Source of the DNA: a virus
Taxonomy: Duplodnaviria > Heunggongvirae > Uroviricota > Caudoviricetes
Strand: one strand, 5' to 3'
Virus record (IMG/VR): IMGVR_UViG_2541047948_000009
DNA length: 45,296 nt
Below, piece by piece: positions 1 through 9,178 of this stretch. Both the position numbers and the translations under genes were made by a program. The notes under the pieces are model-generated. The model worked only from the letters and a program-made list of their open reading frames with translations, ran no database searches and was not told where the DNA came from. Within the stretch, counting starts at the first letter, position 1. Each line of letters opens with the position of its first letter.

Positions 1-63
1 TTGCCTCCCCCCCGTTGATGGGTAAAATAGCCGCAATTTTTCGTTTTCAACAAGCGCGGCGCG

Positions 64-165
64 ATGCCGCTTACTCAAGAAGAAAGAATTATGACGTTGT
101 CTCCTTATTTGCAAGAGGTGGCGAAGCGCCGCACTTTTGCCATTATTTCTCACCCCAATAATTAA
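64..165 (+). CDS. Short ORF (33 codons) upstream of the integrase; possibly host-side or att-adjacent, function unknown
   Basis: ATG at 64 in frame to TAA at 163-165; below the ORF-track length cut-off; no recognisable similarity. Confidence 0.15.
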   Translation: MPLTQEERIMTLSPYLQEVAKRRTFAIISHPNN

Positions 166-319
166 GTCCAAATTAAAGCTCTTTCACTCTTTCAAAATCC
201 TTTCAGTTAATTGAGGTCGAGCTATATAACTCATTTAAATACATTTGGTTATGTGACTTCTTTAATTGAAAATTCTTTCATGTAACTTTAAATCGATCAG
301 GTTGCTTTCATCAAAAATC

Positions 320-376
320 TGTACATATGCTTGTACATAATGTACAAAGCAGCAGAGGTGTTTTGCGATTTGTACA
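320..376. promoter_or_regulatory. Cluster of four TGTACA hexamers immediately upstream of int (candidate int promoter/operator or arm-type sites)
   Basis: TGTACA at 320-325, 332-337, 341-346 and 371-376, within 70 bp of the int start codon. Confidence 0.35.
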
Positions 377-385
377 AGGTGAGTA

Positions 386-1600
386 ATGGCGCTGTCTGAT
401 GCGTGGTTGCGTTCAGTCGTTGGAAAGGAACGTGATAAGGTTTTGGTTAAATCCGATCGTGATGGTCTGTCTGTCAGAGTATCACCGAAAGGTCGCGTAG
501 TGTTCCAATATCGTTATCAATGGGCAGGGAAAGGTGAGCGTCTTGATATCGGAACTTACCCGGCAACTGGATTAAAAGAGGCCAGAGAAGAAGTTATTCG
601 TCTCCGTGGTGAACTCGAGTCAAACCGTAATCCACGATTGGTCAAGCAGGCTGAAAAACGAAAAGCTACTGAAGCCATGACGGTAGAGTCTGTGATCCGT
701 GCCTGGTATGAAGCATATTGTGTAAAAAATAAAAAAGGTTCTGAACAGATACTCCGCTCGTTTGAGCTGCACCTGTTCTCTAAAATCGGGAATATCCCTC
801 ACGATGCAGCTACATTGCATGATTGGTTAGAAGTCCTGGAGCCTCTTAGCACTAAGACTCCAGCAATAGCAGACCGATTGCTAATTAACGCAAAGCAGGC
901 CCATGTCTGGGCGTATAAGAGAAAGCTCATTGAAACTCGCCCGCTGTCGGATATCACGGGTAAAGATATGGATATCCGTAAAGGTCAGAAGAAACGGTTT
1001 CTGACACATGATGAAATTAAAATCCTTTATGCTGCGATCGATGGTTCTCGAATGGTTCCTAAATACCGGGCCTTCATTAAACTATTGCTTCATTTTGGTT
1101 GCCGTAGTTCAGAGCTAATTACCGCCAGGGTGGACGATTTTGATTTCATTAATAAAGTATGGACTGTACCACCAGAACGACATAAGACTGGGGAGATAAC
1201 AGGCGAACCGCTAAAGCGGCCCATTATTGAACCGGTTGAAGAGCTTATAAAGTACGCTATTTCTATGAACAATGGTTCCGATATGCTTTTTACTAAGGAA
1301 GGAAGCAGGGAACCCGTTGGTCGGACATCATTGCAGTCGCTGCCTTACAATTTAATGCAGTATGCATGGCGGCGTTTGGGTTATCAATTCCCTCATTGGT
1401 CTCTTCATGATTTGAGGCGAACAGCACGAACAAACTTTTCTGATCTTACTGCGCCTCATATTGCAGAAATTATGCTAGGTCATAAACTGCCAGGGGTATG
1501 GCAAGTTTATGACAAGAGCGATTATCTAGAAGAACAGCGTAAAGCCTACCAAGCGTGGTGGGAGAGGGTTGAATCGATCGTTACTTGTACTGGTTCATAA
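386..1600 (+). CDS. int: Tyrosine site-specific integrase (P4-type, N-terminal DUF4102-like arm-binding region)
   Basis: 404 aa ORF; C-terminal catalytic region with R..HxxR..Y-like motifs (HDLRRTARTNF, LGHKLPGVWQVYDKSDY); terminal position in a prophage. Confidence 0.9.
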   Translation: MALSDAWLRSVVGKERDKVLVKSDRDGLSVRVSPKGRVVFQYRYQWAGKGERLDIGTYPATGLKEAREEVIRLRGELESNRNPRLVKQAEKRKATEAMTVESVIRAWYEAYCVKNKKGSEQILRSFELHLFSKIGNIPHDAATLHDWLEVLEPLSTKTPAIADRLLINAKQAHVWAYKRKLIETRPLSDITGKDMDIRKGQKKRFLTHDEIKILYAAIDGSRMVPKYRAFIKLLLHFGCRSSELITARVDDFDFINKVWTVPPERHKTGEITGEPLKRPIIEPVEELIKYAISMNNGSDMLFTKEGSREPVGRTSLQSLPYNLMQYAWRRLGYQFPHWSLHDLRRTARTNFSDLTAPHIAEIMLGHKLPGVWQVYDKSDYLEEQRKAYQAWWERVESIVTCTGS

Positions 1601-1975
1601 TCGAAATGATATTTTGCATATCTAGTACGCAATAAAATATGACAGTCCGCTTTGAGCTGCGGACATTGCTAGCAGCATTTTCTGTGAGGTAACGGGAGGT
1701 TGTTCAATATTGCCTCTGAAAAGGATAACCATTCAATTCTTCATTGAAAAAACTCATCGAAGATTTTATGGAGGGATGCAATTTATTTTGAGCGAATTTA
1801 ATTCATCACTAATGATCCTACATAGTTATTGCCTTGCTCACTAAAAGGTGAGATTTCATTAGCTCACCAACAATAATTAAATAGGATCATTAGCACTTTA
1901 TATCAGGCTATAATTTTAATAAATTACGTTATTTAAAGCCATTTTCTCCATCAAGTAATATCTTCATGCTAATGT

Positions 1976-2992
1976 TCACTTTTGTTTTAGCTTTATAATT
2001 TCTGATATCATAGTTGTTAGCTTTGAATCGGAAAGATTCTGCAGTCTATCTTTCTCAATAGAAACTGTAGTTTGTCCCTTTTCTAATATGAAATTTCTTT
2101 CTGTTTTCATTAAAAGCATTGCCAACTCTTTTATCATGTCTTCGTTCTTGAATTCTTGAGCATATTTTAGAGACATGACTTTCATCTCAATATTTGTGAT
2201 TTCATTCTGAAAATATTTGATTTCGTCAAACCCATTTTTATAGAGGCGTAGAAAAAAATAAGCAAACAATTCAACGACTATTACAAATGATAATTTAGGA
2301 AGGTGATGAATAAAAAATCCCACCCCATCCACAATGTCTGGCGCGCTGTAAAGAAAGTAAGCAAGAGATAATATCCCTGTCAACGCAATTATTGTTCCGA
2401 TTGCAAGGTTAAGCCCACCTCGTCGATTGAGTCTGTCTATTTCAGACTCTAATCTTAGAACCATATCAGTATGGAGTTTATGTAAGCTGTAGCTCTTCTT
2501 AAAATCAGATATATCGCTTTTTAGGCTGTTATCTGCCAGAAGTATTGTGTTTCCAATTATTCTCTTTTTTGCATCGGATATTAACTTCTCCCTTTCACTC
2601 TCTGTTATTTCAATGGAAACTCCGGAAGATGTTCTATTTTCAATTTCGCTCAATTTTTTATTTAGCTTAACTATTTCTTTGTGAAAAATATATCTCGTGT
2701 TTTCAATATCTCTACCACCAATTCCTTTGTTTAAATAAGAAGTCATTATTGCGACAAAAGAACCAACAAAAACTAGGGCAGTTGCTGTAAATAAAATAAA
2801 CTCTTTCTTCTCGTTTATTAAATTTACTATTGATGATGATTCCAGTTGAATGTCTGAAAGCGAAGTTTTAAGCACAAAATTCATCACAGGTGAAACCATG
2901 ATTATGGCAACAACTATAATAAATCCATATTTTTTTATAATGTAAATAAGAAGACCAAATAAATCTTTCATTTTATCTTTTACCTGAAACAA
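1976..2992 (-). CDS. Hypothetical membrane protein with about four predicted TM helices and two coiled-coil segments; AT-rich cargo gene
   Basis: 338 aa ORF in a very AT-rich island between int and xis; hydrophobic stretches near residues 13-36, 65-86, 193-216 and 226-247, K/E-rich helical regions between. Confidence 0.6.
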   Translation of the reverse strand: MFQVKDKMKDLFGLLIYIIKKYGFIIVVAIIMVSPVMNFVLKTSLSDIQLESSSIVNLINEKKEFILFTATALVFVGSFVAIMTSYLNKGIGGRDIENTRYIFHKEIVKLNKKLSEIENRTSSGVSIEITESEREKLISDAKKRIIGNTILLADNSLKSDISDFKKSYSLHKLHTDMVLRLESEIDRLNRRGGLNLAIGTIIALTGILSLAYFLYSAPDIVDGVGFFIHHLPKLSFVIVVELFAYFFLRLYKNGFDEIKYFQNEITNIEMKVMSLKYAQEFKNEDMIKELAMLLMKTERNFILEKGQTTVSIEKDRLQNLSDSKLTTMISEIIKLKQK

Positions 2993-3344
2993 ATTTTTAT
3001 TAAAGTAACTTAAAAAATGATTGATTGCAAGATTTACTATTGCTGTTCATTTTAAATTACTATACCCCCCTATGCATACATATAATCCCATAGGGGAGAA
3101 GTTTATTAGTTAGTTAAGTTGAAGGCTATACCTACAATCTAATTCCCCTCCAACCTAACATGCACAAGCGTCAACCTATCGGTAGTGATAATTTTATGAG
3201 GATACGTATAAACAAGATTCTGAGTTGCTCCTATTCATTAAGACAATACATTTTGTAACTTCTGCTTTTGGCTCAGGGTGGGGTGTGAGATTAGGTTTGG
3301 CTCTGTGCCATAGATGTGTCAGTTCACATCTGAGCTAATACACA

Positions 3345-3539
3345 TTACTCAATCACTCCAGCAAACCTATATATCTTGTGTGACGCCCATTTATTTGGGC
3401 ATGATTTAATATCAGGATCTGGAAAATCAGGCCTGTATTTCTGGCCAGTTCTCCGGTTTACGCTGTTCCAGCGAAGAACTGTCGATACTGAAACGCCACA
3501 GAAGTCGGCGACTTGTTTAGTTGTCATTAAGTTGTTCAT
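3345..3539 (-). CDS. AlpA/Xis-like small DNA-binding protein (excisionase/regulator)
   Basis: 64 aa; motif TTKQVADFCGVSVSTVLRW typical of the AlpA/excisionase HTH family; last gene of the leftward operon, nearest int. Confidence 0.7.
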   Translation of the reverse strand: MNNLMTTKQVADFCGVSVSTVLRWNSVNRRTGQKYRPDFPDPDIKSCPNKWASHKIYRFAGVIE

Positions 3540-4159
3540 TACTTCACCTCCTGCGGCGGTTCCGGTAGCGGCATCCAGTGGGTTACTTTCGATGCCGGTT
3601 CTTCCATATCGTCAGTAACTGCCCACCATTTGTTTCTCGACCAATCGTAATACCCTTCGAAGGTATCGCACTCAGTCCAGCCGTAAGACTTCCCCCAACA
3701 CCAAACATACTGTTTATCGTTCGGCATTCGCTCACTACAGCTTATCCAACCATCCGGAGTTACCGGAGAGTTGCCCGACAGCTCGTTCAACTTGTAAGTC
3801 TGGCTTACAGGTTCGGCACCATGAAGCATGGCGGTGCGGCAGGAGTTCCAGCCTTCATCAAAGCCGACTATGCCATTATTTAAAGACGGAAGACCATCCG
3901 GCACCACCGACACTGGCTGAGCCATATATAGCGGCTGAACATACCAGCCCTTTGATAACCAACTGTCAGCAATGTTTTTGCTCCTGGTTATTGCCGGAAT
4001 ACCTAAGCCATTGTCTGAATGCAGCCACGCCAACGGCTCTGCTTCCAGTGATGCCAGAGCAATTTCATAAGCACGGCGCTCAACATTGTCTCGCACGTGC
4101 AGGCTGCCGATTCGTTCTTTGATTTCTTTAATCAGTTCCTTATCGGTGAAAGTGGTCAT
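3539..4159 (-). CDS. Phage early protein with C-terminal DUF551-like domain
   Basis: 206 aa; C-terminal W/C-rich motif (WISCSERMP...THWMPLPEPP); start overlaps the xis stop. Confidence 0.55.
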   Translation of the reverse strand: MTTFTDKELIKEIKERIGSLHVRDNVERRAYEIALASLEAEPLAWLHSDNGLGIPAITRSKNIADSWLSKGWYVQPLYMAQPVSVVPDGLPSLNNGIVGFDEGWNSCRTAMLHGAEPVSQTYKLNELSGNSPVTPDGWISCSERMPNDKQYVWCWGKSYGWTECDTFEGYYDWSRNKWWAVTDDMEEPASKVTHWMPLPEPPQEVK

Positions 4160-4521
4160 TATGCCCCAGCCTCCGGTGCTTTTGGCATTACTGCCCAGTG
4201 AGTGATATTGACGTTTTCAAGGTCCCCGACCTGAAATGTCCACTGCCATTCTCCGGTTTCTTTTTGTCCCCAGGTGTACCAGAGAGAACGCCAGCCAATC
4301 AGCCAGCCTTCTCCGTTAGTATCAAATAACAGAACACTTTCATTTGCTGGTGGAAGTTCAACTGACACTGGTATTACTTTGTTTTCCAGTGCCGCACATT
4401 TAGCTTCAAGCGCATCGAATTTACGTACCAGATACTCAGCATTTGTTTCATTCACTTTCAGATCTCGCGGTACACATTTCCCGCGAAGAAACCCTTCCAT
4501 TTCGAAAACATTCATGCGCAT
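4159..4521 (-). CDS. Phage early protein, DUF551-like (YfdS-like, 120 aa)
   Basis: 120 aa; C-terminal ITHWAVMPKAPE motif similar to the neighbouring DUF551 protein; overlapping start/stop in the operon. Confidence 0.5.
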   Translation of the reverse strand: MRMNVFEMEGFLRGKCVPRDLKVNETNAEYLVRKFDALEAKCAALENKVIPVSVELPPANESVLLFDTNGEGWLIGWRSLWYTWGQKETGEWQWTFQVGDLENVNITHWAVMPKAPEAGA

Positions 4522-5048
4522 TTGCGTAACTCCGATAACTCGTTAAAACGTTCCATAAACATCCCATAGGCATGGCCTGGCGACAGTGGAATAACTTTGA
4601 ACATCTCTGTTGCCGGGATACCTTCCAGTACAGGCCAGAAAGAGCCATCATCAAGCCCGAGATCGCGGCGTTCGGTTGCCAGCATGATGAGATCGGCATA
4701 TTTCACAGGCGTGCTCATAACCGGGGGTAACCCGTATTTCTCACGGATTACGGCGTCTATTTTTTCTTCCATCCGTTTATAGTCAGGAAGAAGGCGTTTC
4801 AGTGGCGCGGGGATGTCCTGGCAATACGCTTCTGTTGCATCATGCATTAACGCTTCAAAAGCAAATTCCTGCGGCACCAGCTGGCTGCAAAGCACCGCAT
4901 GCTGGGCGACGCTGTAGAAGTGTGAAAGATGTCCTGCAAAGCGACAGATATTTGAAAGGGAAACCGCGATATCGTTAATCACGATGTCGTCTTTATTTAT
5001 CCTGTCATAATAAAAATGCTTCCCGGAAAAAGTTTTAATAAATGACAT
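4512..5048 (-). CDS. HD-domain phosphohydrolase (YfdR-like 5'-deoxynucleotidase family)
   Basis: H..HD metal-binding motifs (SVAQHAV, LMHDATEAY); start placed at the internal ATG (5046-5048) with GGAGA 5 nt upstream, giving 178 aa. Confidence 0.65.
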   Translation of the reverse strand: MSFIKTFSGKHFYYDRINKDDIVINDIAVSLSNICRFAGHLSHFYSVAQHAVLCSQLVPQEFAFEALMHDATEAYCQDIPAPLKRLLPDYKRMEEKIDAVIREKYGLPPVMSTPVKYADLIMLATERRDLGLDDGSFWPVLEGIPATEMFKVIPLSPGHAYGMFMERFNELSELRKCA

Positions 5049-5175
5049 TTTGTTCTCCACGTATATGTGCTGCACCACGCTGAATTCTGGTAAAAGGAAG
5101 CCCTCACCATCCGGTGATTATTGAGTTAATTACGTTTCCATAAATGCCCCCGCAGGGGCATTTGCAGTAATGAAA

Positions 5176-6000
5176 TCAGGCGGTGAAAGTACCAATAAAG
5201 GTTTCTACTTTGCTGTCCTTGAATTTCTCAACAAGCAGATCACGAAATTCGTTAGCCATTTCCTCCTGCACTGCTTCCAGCTGAATAATGCGCAGAACCA
5301 GTACAGGACGATCGCCAGTGAGAATGCTGAGGCGTAATTTAAACGGACGTTCTTTCAGGCCTTCAAACGGAACGCATTTAAATTCAAATGCCACTGGCAT
5401 AATGTCTTTGGTTTTCGCTTCGACAGACTCCATCAGGGAGCGTTTGCCGCTGAAGTCATTGTCTTCAAAATCAGCGGTCTGGTTTGCTTCAATCGTGATT
5501 TTACGGACTGCCGCAGCTGCTTTTGTTGCCTGAATAGCGTCACCATTAGCATCAAAGCCCACAAGGTAGTCGGCCCAGTCTTCAATCCATTCTGCCAGTG
5601 ACTTCTGGGAGTTACGCTCGCCATTAACAGACAACAGAGCAGAGAACGGTGCTGTCTTTTTCAGTTTGAGAGTGGCGGTGTTATCTGCGTGACCTGGTTC
5701 ATCAATAGTACCCAGATTAAGCACACTGACAGCACGCATATTATCAGCATCGATAAAGCAGCGGGTGCCTTCATCTGCAAGATCTTTAGAATAACGGGTA
5801 AAGTCATCGATGCTGGCAGTGGAAAGCGCACCACGGAAACGGAAGCGATTTAAATTAAATTTTTCCAGATCATGAATGCGGAAATTCTCAGGCAATGCCA
5901 CAGCATCGGCACCAATCTTACTGATAATTTCATTAACACCCTGAGCAGAAATAAGGGCATGGATTTGATTAATTGCGGTTGCGTCTAAGTTCTGAGACAT
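5176..6000 (-). CDS. YfdQ-like (DUF2303) prophage protein
   Basis: 274 aa; length and sequence recalled as matching the YfdQ family of the E. coli CPS-53 prophage; memory-based. Confidence 0.55.
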   Translation of the reverse strand: MSQNLDATAINQIHALISAQGVNEIISKIGADAVALPENFRIHDLEKFNLNRFRFRGALSTASIDDFTRYSKDLADEGTRCFIDADNMRAVSVLNLGTIDEPGHADNTATLKLKKTAPFSALLSVNGERNSQKSLAEWIEDWADYLVGFDANGDAIQATKAAAAVRKITIEANQTADFEDNDFSGKRSLMESVEAKTKDIMPVAFEFKCVPFEGLKERPFKLRLSILTGDRPVLVLRIIQLEAVQEEMANEFRDLLVEKFKDSKVETFIGTFTA

Positions 6001-6065
6001 AATAAGTCCTCACTATATAAAGATATTCAGTGATGAGATAAATAATCAGTTAATTAAAAACGATA

Positions 6066-6428
6066 TTAATGACCTGCTGCGCGGAGTTTTCCGTCAGGTT
6101 CACCGGCAAGAGTCAGTAATTGTCCCTGGTCTTCCTGCAGAATAGTCAGGCGACCACCGCGATTGACATACATCGGCGTTTCGGTGGTGTCTTCTTCGGA
6201 AATTTTCCCGCGGTTAGTTGGGCGAACATATGAGAGTTTGTGTTTGATTTTCACACGGTTCTCATCAAACGGTTCGATTTCCAGATTGAGTGAGACCTTC
6301 CCTTTGGTTTTCGTGTTCATCACACCGGAAGCGACTTCACTTAGAACTGCGCCGATTTTTGTTTCAAATACGCCGCCGTCCAGCTCCCCGATAAATGCCT
6401 GCACATCAGTACTGCGTTCACTAGCCAT
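6066..6428 (-). CDS. Hypothetical early protein (YfdP-like, 120 aa)
   Basis: Start at the internal ATG (6426-6428) preceded by GAGGAG with 7-nt spacing; the longer track ORF upstream is unlikely to be coding. Confidence 0.5.
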   Translation of the reverse strand: MASERSTDVQAFIGELDGGVFETKIGAVLSEVASGVMNTKTKGKVSLNLEIEPFDENRVKIKHKLSYVRPTNRGKISEEDTTETPMYVNRGGRLTILQEDQGQLLTLAGEPDGKLRAAGH

Positions 6429-6565
6429 TTTGCTGCTCCTCATCATATCGACCCTGCAATGTCGGTTAGTTTCTCCACAAAACAGAGAAGAACACCTGCG
6501 GTGGTAGCCGCCCGGATGGATTGGGTTATGAGCCCGTCGTCCGATGATGTTCTTCTCTGTTTTGT

Positions 6566-6625
6566 AAAAAGAGCGGTACCAGCCGGAAGCAAGTGTACAA
6601 ACTGGTACCGCCAAAGCAGTGGCTG
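6566..6625 (-). ncRNA. dicF: DicF-like sRNA ending in a strong intrinsic terminator (approximate ends)
   Basis: Minus strand reads ...CTTTGGCGGTACCAGTTTGTACACTTGCTTCCGGCTGGTACCGCTCTTTTT: 11-bp perfect stem (6571-6582 with 6602-6612), 19-nt loop, T-run; resembles the recalled DicF core UUUGGCGGUAUCAGUUU; lies in the ORF-poor leader of the leftward operon. Confidence 0.45.
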
Positions 6626-7047
6626 TTGTGGTGACCGGTGCTGATCTCCGGCTTGCGGTTATTTCAGACTCTCACGGGCATTTAATTGCCCCGCCGAACA
6701 GCTCTTTTCCGCAATAGCTGCAATGTCTTTCGCGCATCAGCCTGCGCATTCACCACAACGCTGAGAGCACTTAGCCAGTTACGGCACCACACTTTGTCGC
6801 GGTTCCATAAATGCCCTCATCGTTGCACCCTGGTCTCTTCCCAGGCGTCAAACCGAATCGCCACGCTGGTTAGGCGTCTTATCAGCATCATCATTGACTT
6901 GCACATTCCGGCTACCTGGTTTGTTTGCCCGAGCAAGGAGTGGATTGTCCCCTTTAACGTCCCCAGACCGCTAACGACGCATGTGCCATACGCCGTGTTA
7001 CAACCAAATTTTGTTAGTACCTTGTTTGTTTGTCTGGAAAGAAAGAT

Positions 7048-7096
7048 AAAATGAAGTTGCGCATTATGCAAGTGTTTTTTGTTGCGAGATATGCAA
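7048..7096. promoter_or_regulatory. Left operator/promoter region (OL/pL): two TTGC-N7-GCAA repressor-site candidates
   Basis: TTGCgcattatGCAA (7048-7062) and TTGCgagatatGCAA (7082-7096) match the palindromic half-site pattern also present in OR. Confidence 0.4.
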
Positions 7097-7106
7097 TTTA
7101 ATGGGT

Positions 7107-7131
7107 AATGAAAAGCCACCTTCGGGTGGCT
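7107..7131 (-). terminator. Intrinsic terminator downstream of cI (minus strand)
   Basis: Hairpin AGCCACC-ttcg-GGTGGCT (7114-7131) followed on the minus strand by a T-run. Confidence 0.5.
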
Positions 7132-7151
7132 AATTGATGAGGAGGTAAGGG

Positions 7152-7844
7152 TTAATTGTGTCGCTTAAGGGTTTGTGACTGGCTGATTAAGACCTTTCCA
7201 AAGACCATAAACCGGTGTTCATTTTCGCTGGTAATTCCCCATTCACGGTAAATCTGGTTATCAGAAATCACCAGTAGTTTGTCAGGTATCATTTGCAGTC
7301 GTTTGACATAAATTTTATCATCAAAACCAAATACATAGATACCATCTCCATCAAACTGATTGATACTGACATCAACGAAGATGAGATCTCCTGGCTCAAT
7401 GGTTGGACACATACTGTCCCCACGAACGTTGATAACTTTAATGTGATTGGCTGGCCGTCCGCCAAACATCGATACAGCATTATCAGTTCTGTATTCAATG
7501 GCATGAATCACATCAATGACATCACCGCCCTGGATAAGGCCATTTCCCGCACTGGCACTGACATCCAGCATTTCAATACGGAATACATCCTTCACCTGCG
7601 CAACATCCTCACTAATACTGTTTTTACATACAGTATTACTTTTGAAGTCTGAGGTAAAGAGATCAGCAATATCAACACCTAAGCTCCTGGCAATATTACT
7701 CAGGGCTTGTTCAGTGAATTGTTTCTGCTTACCTGTTTCCAGGCGTGAGATATTCGCCGCATCCACTCCTATTGCTTCAGCGAGATCGGCGATTTTCATG
7801 TTCTTCGCCTGGCGAAGTTGTCTGACTCGGTTTCCTATGTTCAT
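7152..7844 (-). CDS. cI: CI-type prophage repressor (N-terminal XRE HTH, C-terminal S24 LexA-like autopeptidase domain)
   Basis: 230 aa; HTH QLRQAKNMKIADLAEAIGVDAANISRLETGK; C-terminal GDSM (Ser) and VKRL (Lys) catalytic-dyad motifs; divergent from cro. Confidence 0.85.
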   Translation of the reverse strand: MNIGNRVRQLRQAKNMKIADLAEAIGVDAANISRLETGKQKQFTEQALSNIARSLGVDIADLFTSDFKSNTVCKNSISEDVAQVKDVFRIEMLDVSASAGNGLIQGGDVIDVIHAIEYRTDNAVSMFGGRPANHIKVINVRGDSMCPTIEPGDLIFVDVSINQFDGDGIYVFGFDDKIYVKRLQMIPDKLLVISDNQIYREWGITSENEHRFMVFGKVLISQSQTLKRHN

Positions 7845-7864
7845 GCGTTTATTACATTTCTTTA

Positions 7865-7927
7865 TTGCGCGTTAAGCAAATCAACTTGCGCAAAATATTT
7901 GCGTGAAATAATATGCTCATCACGCAA
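7865..7927. promoter_or_regulatory. Right operator/promoter region (OR, pRM/pR) between cI and cro
   Basis: TTGCgcgttaaGCAA (7865-7879), near-palindrome CGCAAAATATTTGCG (7889-7903), inverted repeat TTGCGTGA...TCACGCAA (7899-7927). Confidence 0.45.
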
Positions 7928-7941
7928 TATGTGGAGGTCAT

Positions 7942-8202
7942 ATGCAATCACCATTACGGAATGTGCGTAAGGCGCACGGATTTACTTTGCAGCATGTTGC
8001 TGCTGGCGTTCAGGTCAATCCAGCGACGCTGAGTCGTATTGAAAGACTGGAACAAATTCCATCTATCGATCTTGCAGAACGTCTGGCCAATTTTTTTAAG
8101 GGTGAAATCAGCGAAATGCAGATTCTTTATCCGGCACGTTTTCAATCTAGCCAAAACCAGAATGGGTTTAAACCACAGGAACAGGAGGTAAGCCGTGGGT
8201 AA
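7942..8202 (+). CDS. cro: Cro-like HTH (XRE-family) regulator
   Basis: 86 aa; HTH GFTLQHVAAGVQVNPATLSRIER; first gene of the rightward operon, divergent from cI; GGAGG RBS. Confidence 0.7.
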   Translation: MQSPLRNVRKAHGFTLQHVAAGVQVNPATLSRIERLEQIPSIDLAERLANFFKGEISEMQILYPARFQSSQNQNGFKPQEQEVSRG

Positions 8203-8378
8203 TCATCACTGGAAAGTGGAAAAACAGCCTGAGTGGTACGTGAAAGCTGTCAGAAAAACTATCGCGGCGTTGCCGGGGGGTTACGCTGAAGCTGCCTGAG
8301 TGGCTGGATGTAACAGAGAACGCTTTATTCAACCGCCTTCGTGCAGATGGCGATCAGATTTTCCCGCTGGGATGGGCA

Positions 8379-8747
8379 ATGATTTTACAGCGTGCTGCTG
8401 GCACTCACTACATTGCGGATGCTGTCGCACAGTCTGCTGGTGGGGTGTTTGTATCGCTTCCTGAAATTGAGGAAGTAGAGAACGCAGATATAAACCAGCG
8501 CCTGCTGGAAGTCATCGAACAGATCGGGAGTTACTCAAAGCAGATTCGTTCGGCAATCGAAGATGGGGTAGTGGAGCCACACGAGCAGACAGCAATTAAT
8601 GATGAATTGTATCTGTCAATTTCGAAGCTCCAGGAGCATGCGGCACTGGTCTACAAAATTTTCTGCGCTCCAGAAAAGAGTGACGCCCGCGAGTGTGCAG
8701 CTCCGGGCGTCGTGGCGTTTTGTGTCTGTGGAGAAACTAACGCATGA
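8379..8747 (+). CDS. CII-like regulatory protein (tentative)
   Basis: 122 aa ORF in the CII position after cro; family assignment is by position and loose resemblance only. Confidence 0.35.
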   Translation: MILQRAAGTHYIADAVAQSAGGVFVSLPEIEEVENADINQRLLEVIEQIGSYSKQIRSAIEDGVVEPHEQTAINDELYLSISKLQEHAALVYKIFCAPEKSDARECAAPGVVAFCVCGETNA

Positions 8748-9147
8748 ACAGTTTAACGGCAAATAACCGTTTGTCGCAACAGCTAGTGGTCAGTGTCGCT
8801 GCACACCTGTTGTTACGGCATGAATGCAGATTACCAAATCACCTGGCTGTAAGTAACCACAGAGAACTTTACCTGACTGTGGGGGGCGAGTTGTGCAGGA
8901 ACTTAACCGCTGGTTTCGTGACGGAAGAGGACTTTATGTTCATGTTATTCGTTGGGAGCCAGAAACACAGCGCGTTATCTATCTTCGCAAAGACTACCCG
9001 CATGAGTGCTTTAGTCCTTTGTGGAAATTCAGGCGTGATTTTGTTGAGTGTGAAGGACCACCAGCACATTGATTCTGCCATTCCGGGACGTTACACTGTT
9101 CAGGCACCTTATAAAGCGGGTGCCGGGCGTGGAAACCCGGAATTCAC

Positions 9148-9178
9148 CAAAGCGCACAACCGCGCTCTTGCGGTTTTT
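9148..9178 (+). terminator. Intrinsic terminator-like hairpin upstream of Rha
   Basis: AACCGC-gctctt-GCGGTT followed by TTTTTTTG. Confidence 0.4.

Noticed and set aside
6686-7119. ORFs 6686..7054 (+) and 6817..7119 (-) between the YfdP-like gene and cI
   Set aside because: Both overlap the OL/pL operator region and the cI terminator; poor composition; the minus ORF would start upstream of the putative pL. Treated as non-coding leader.
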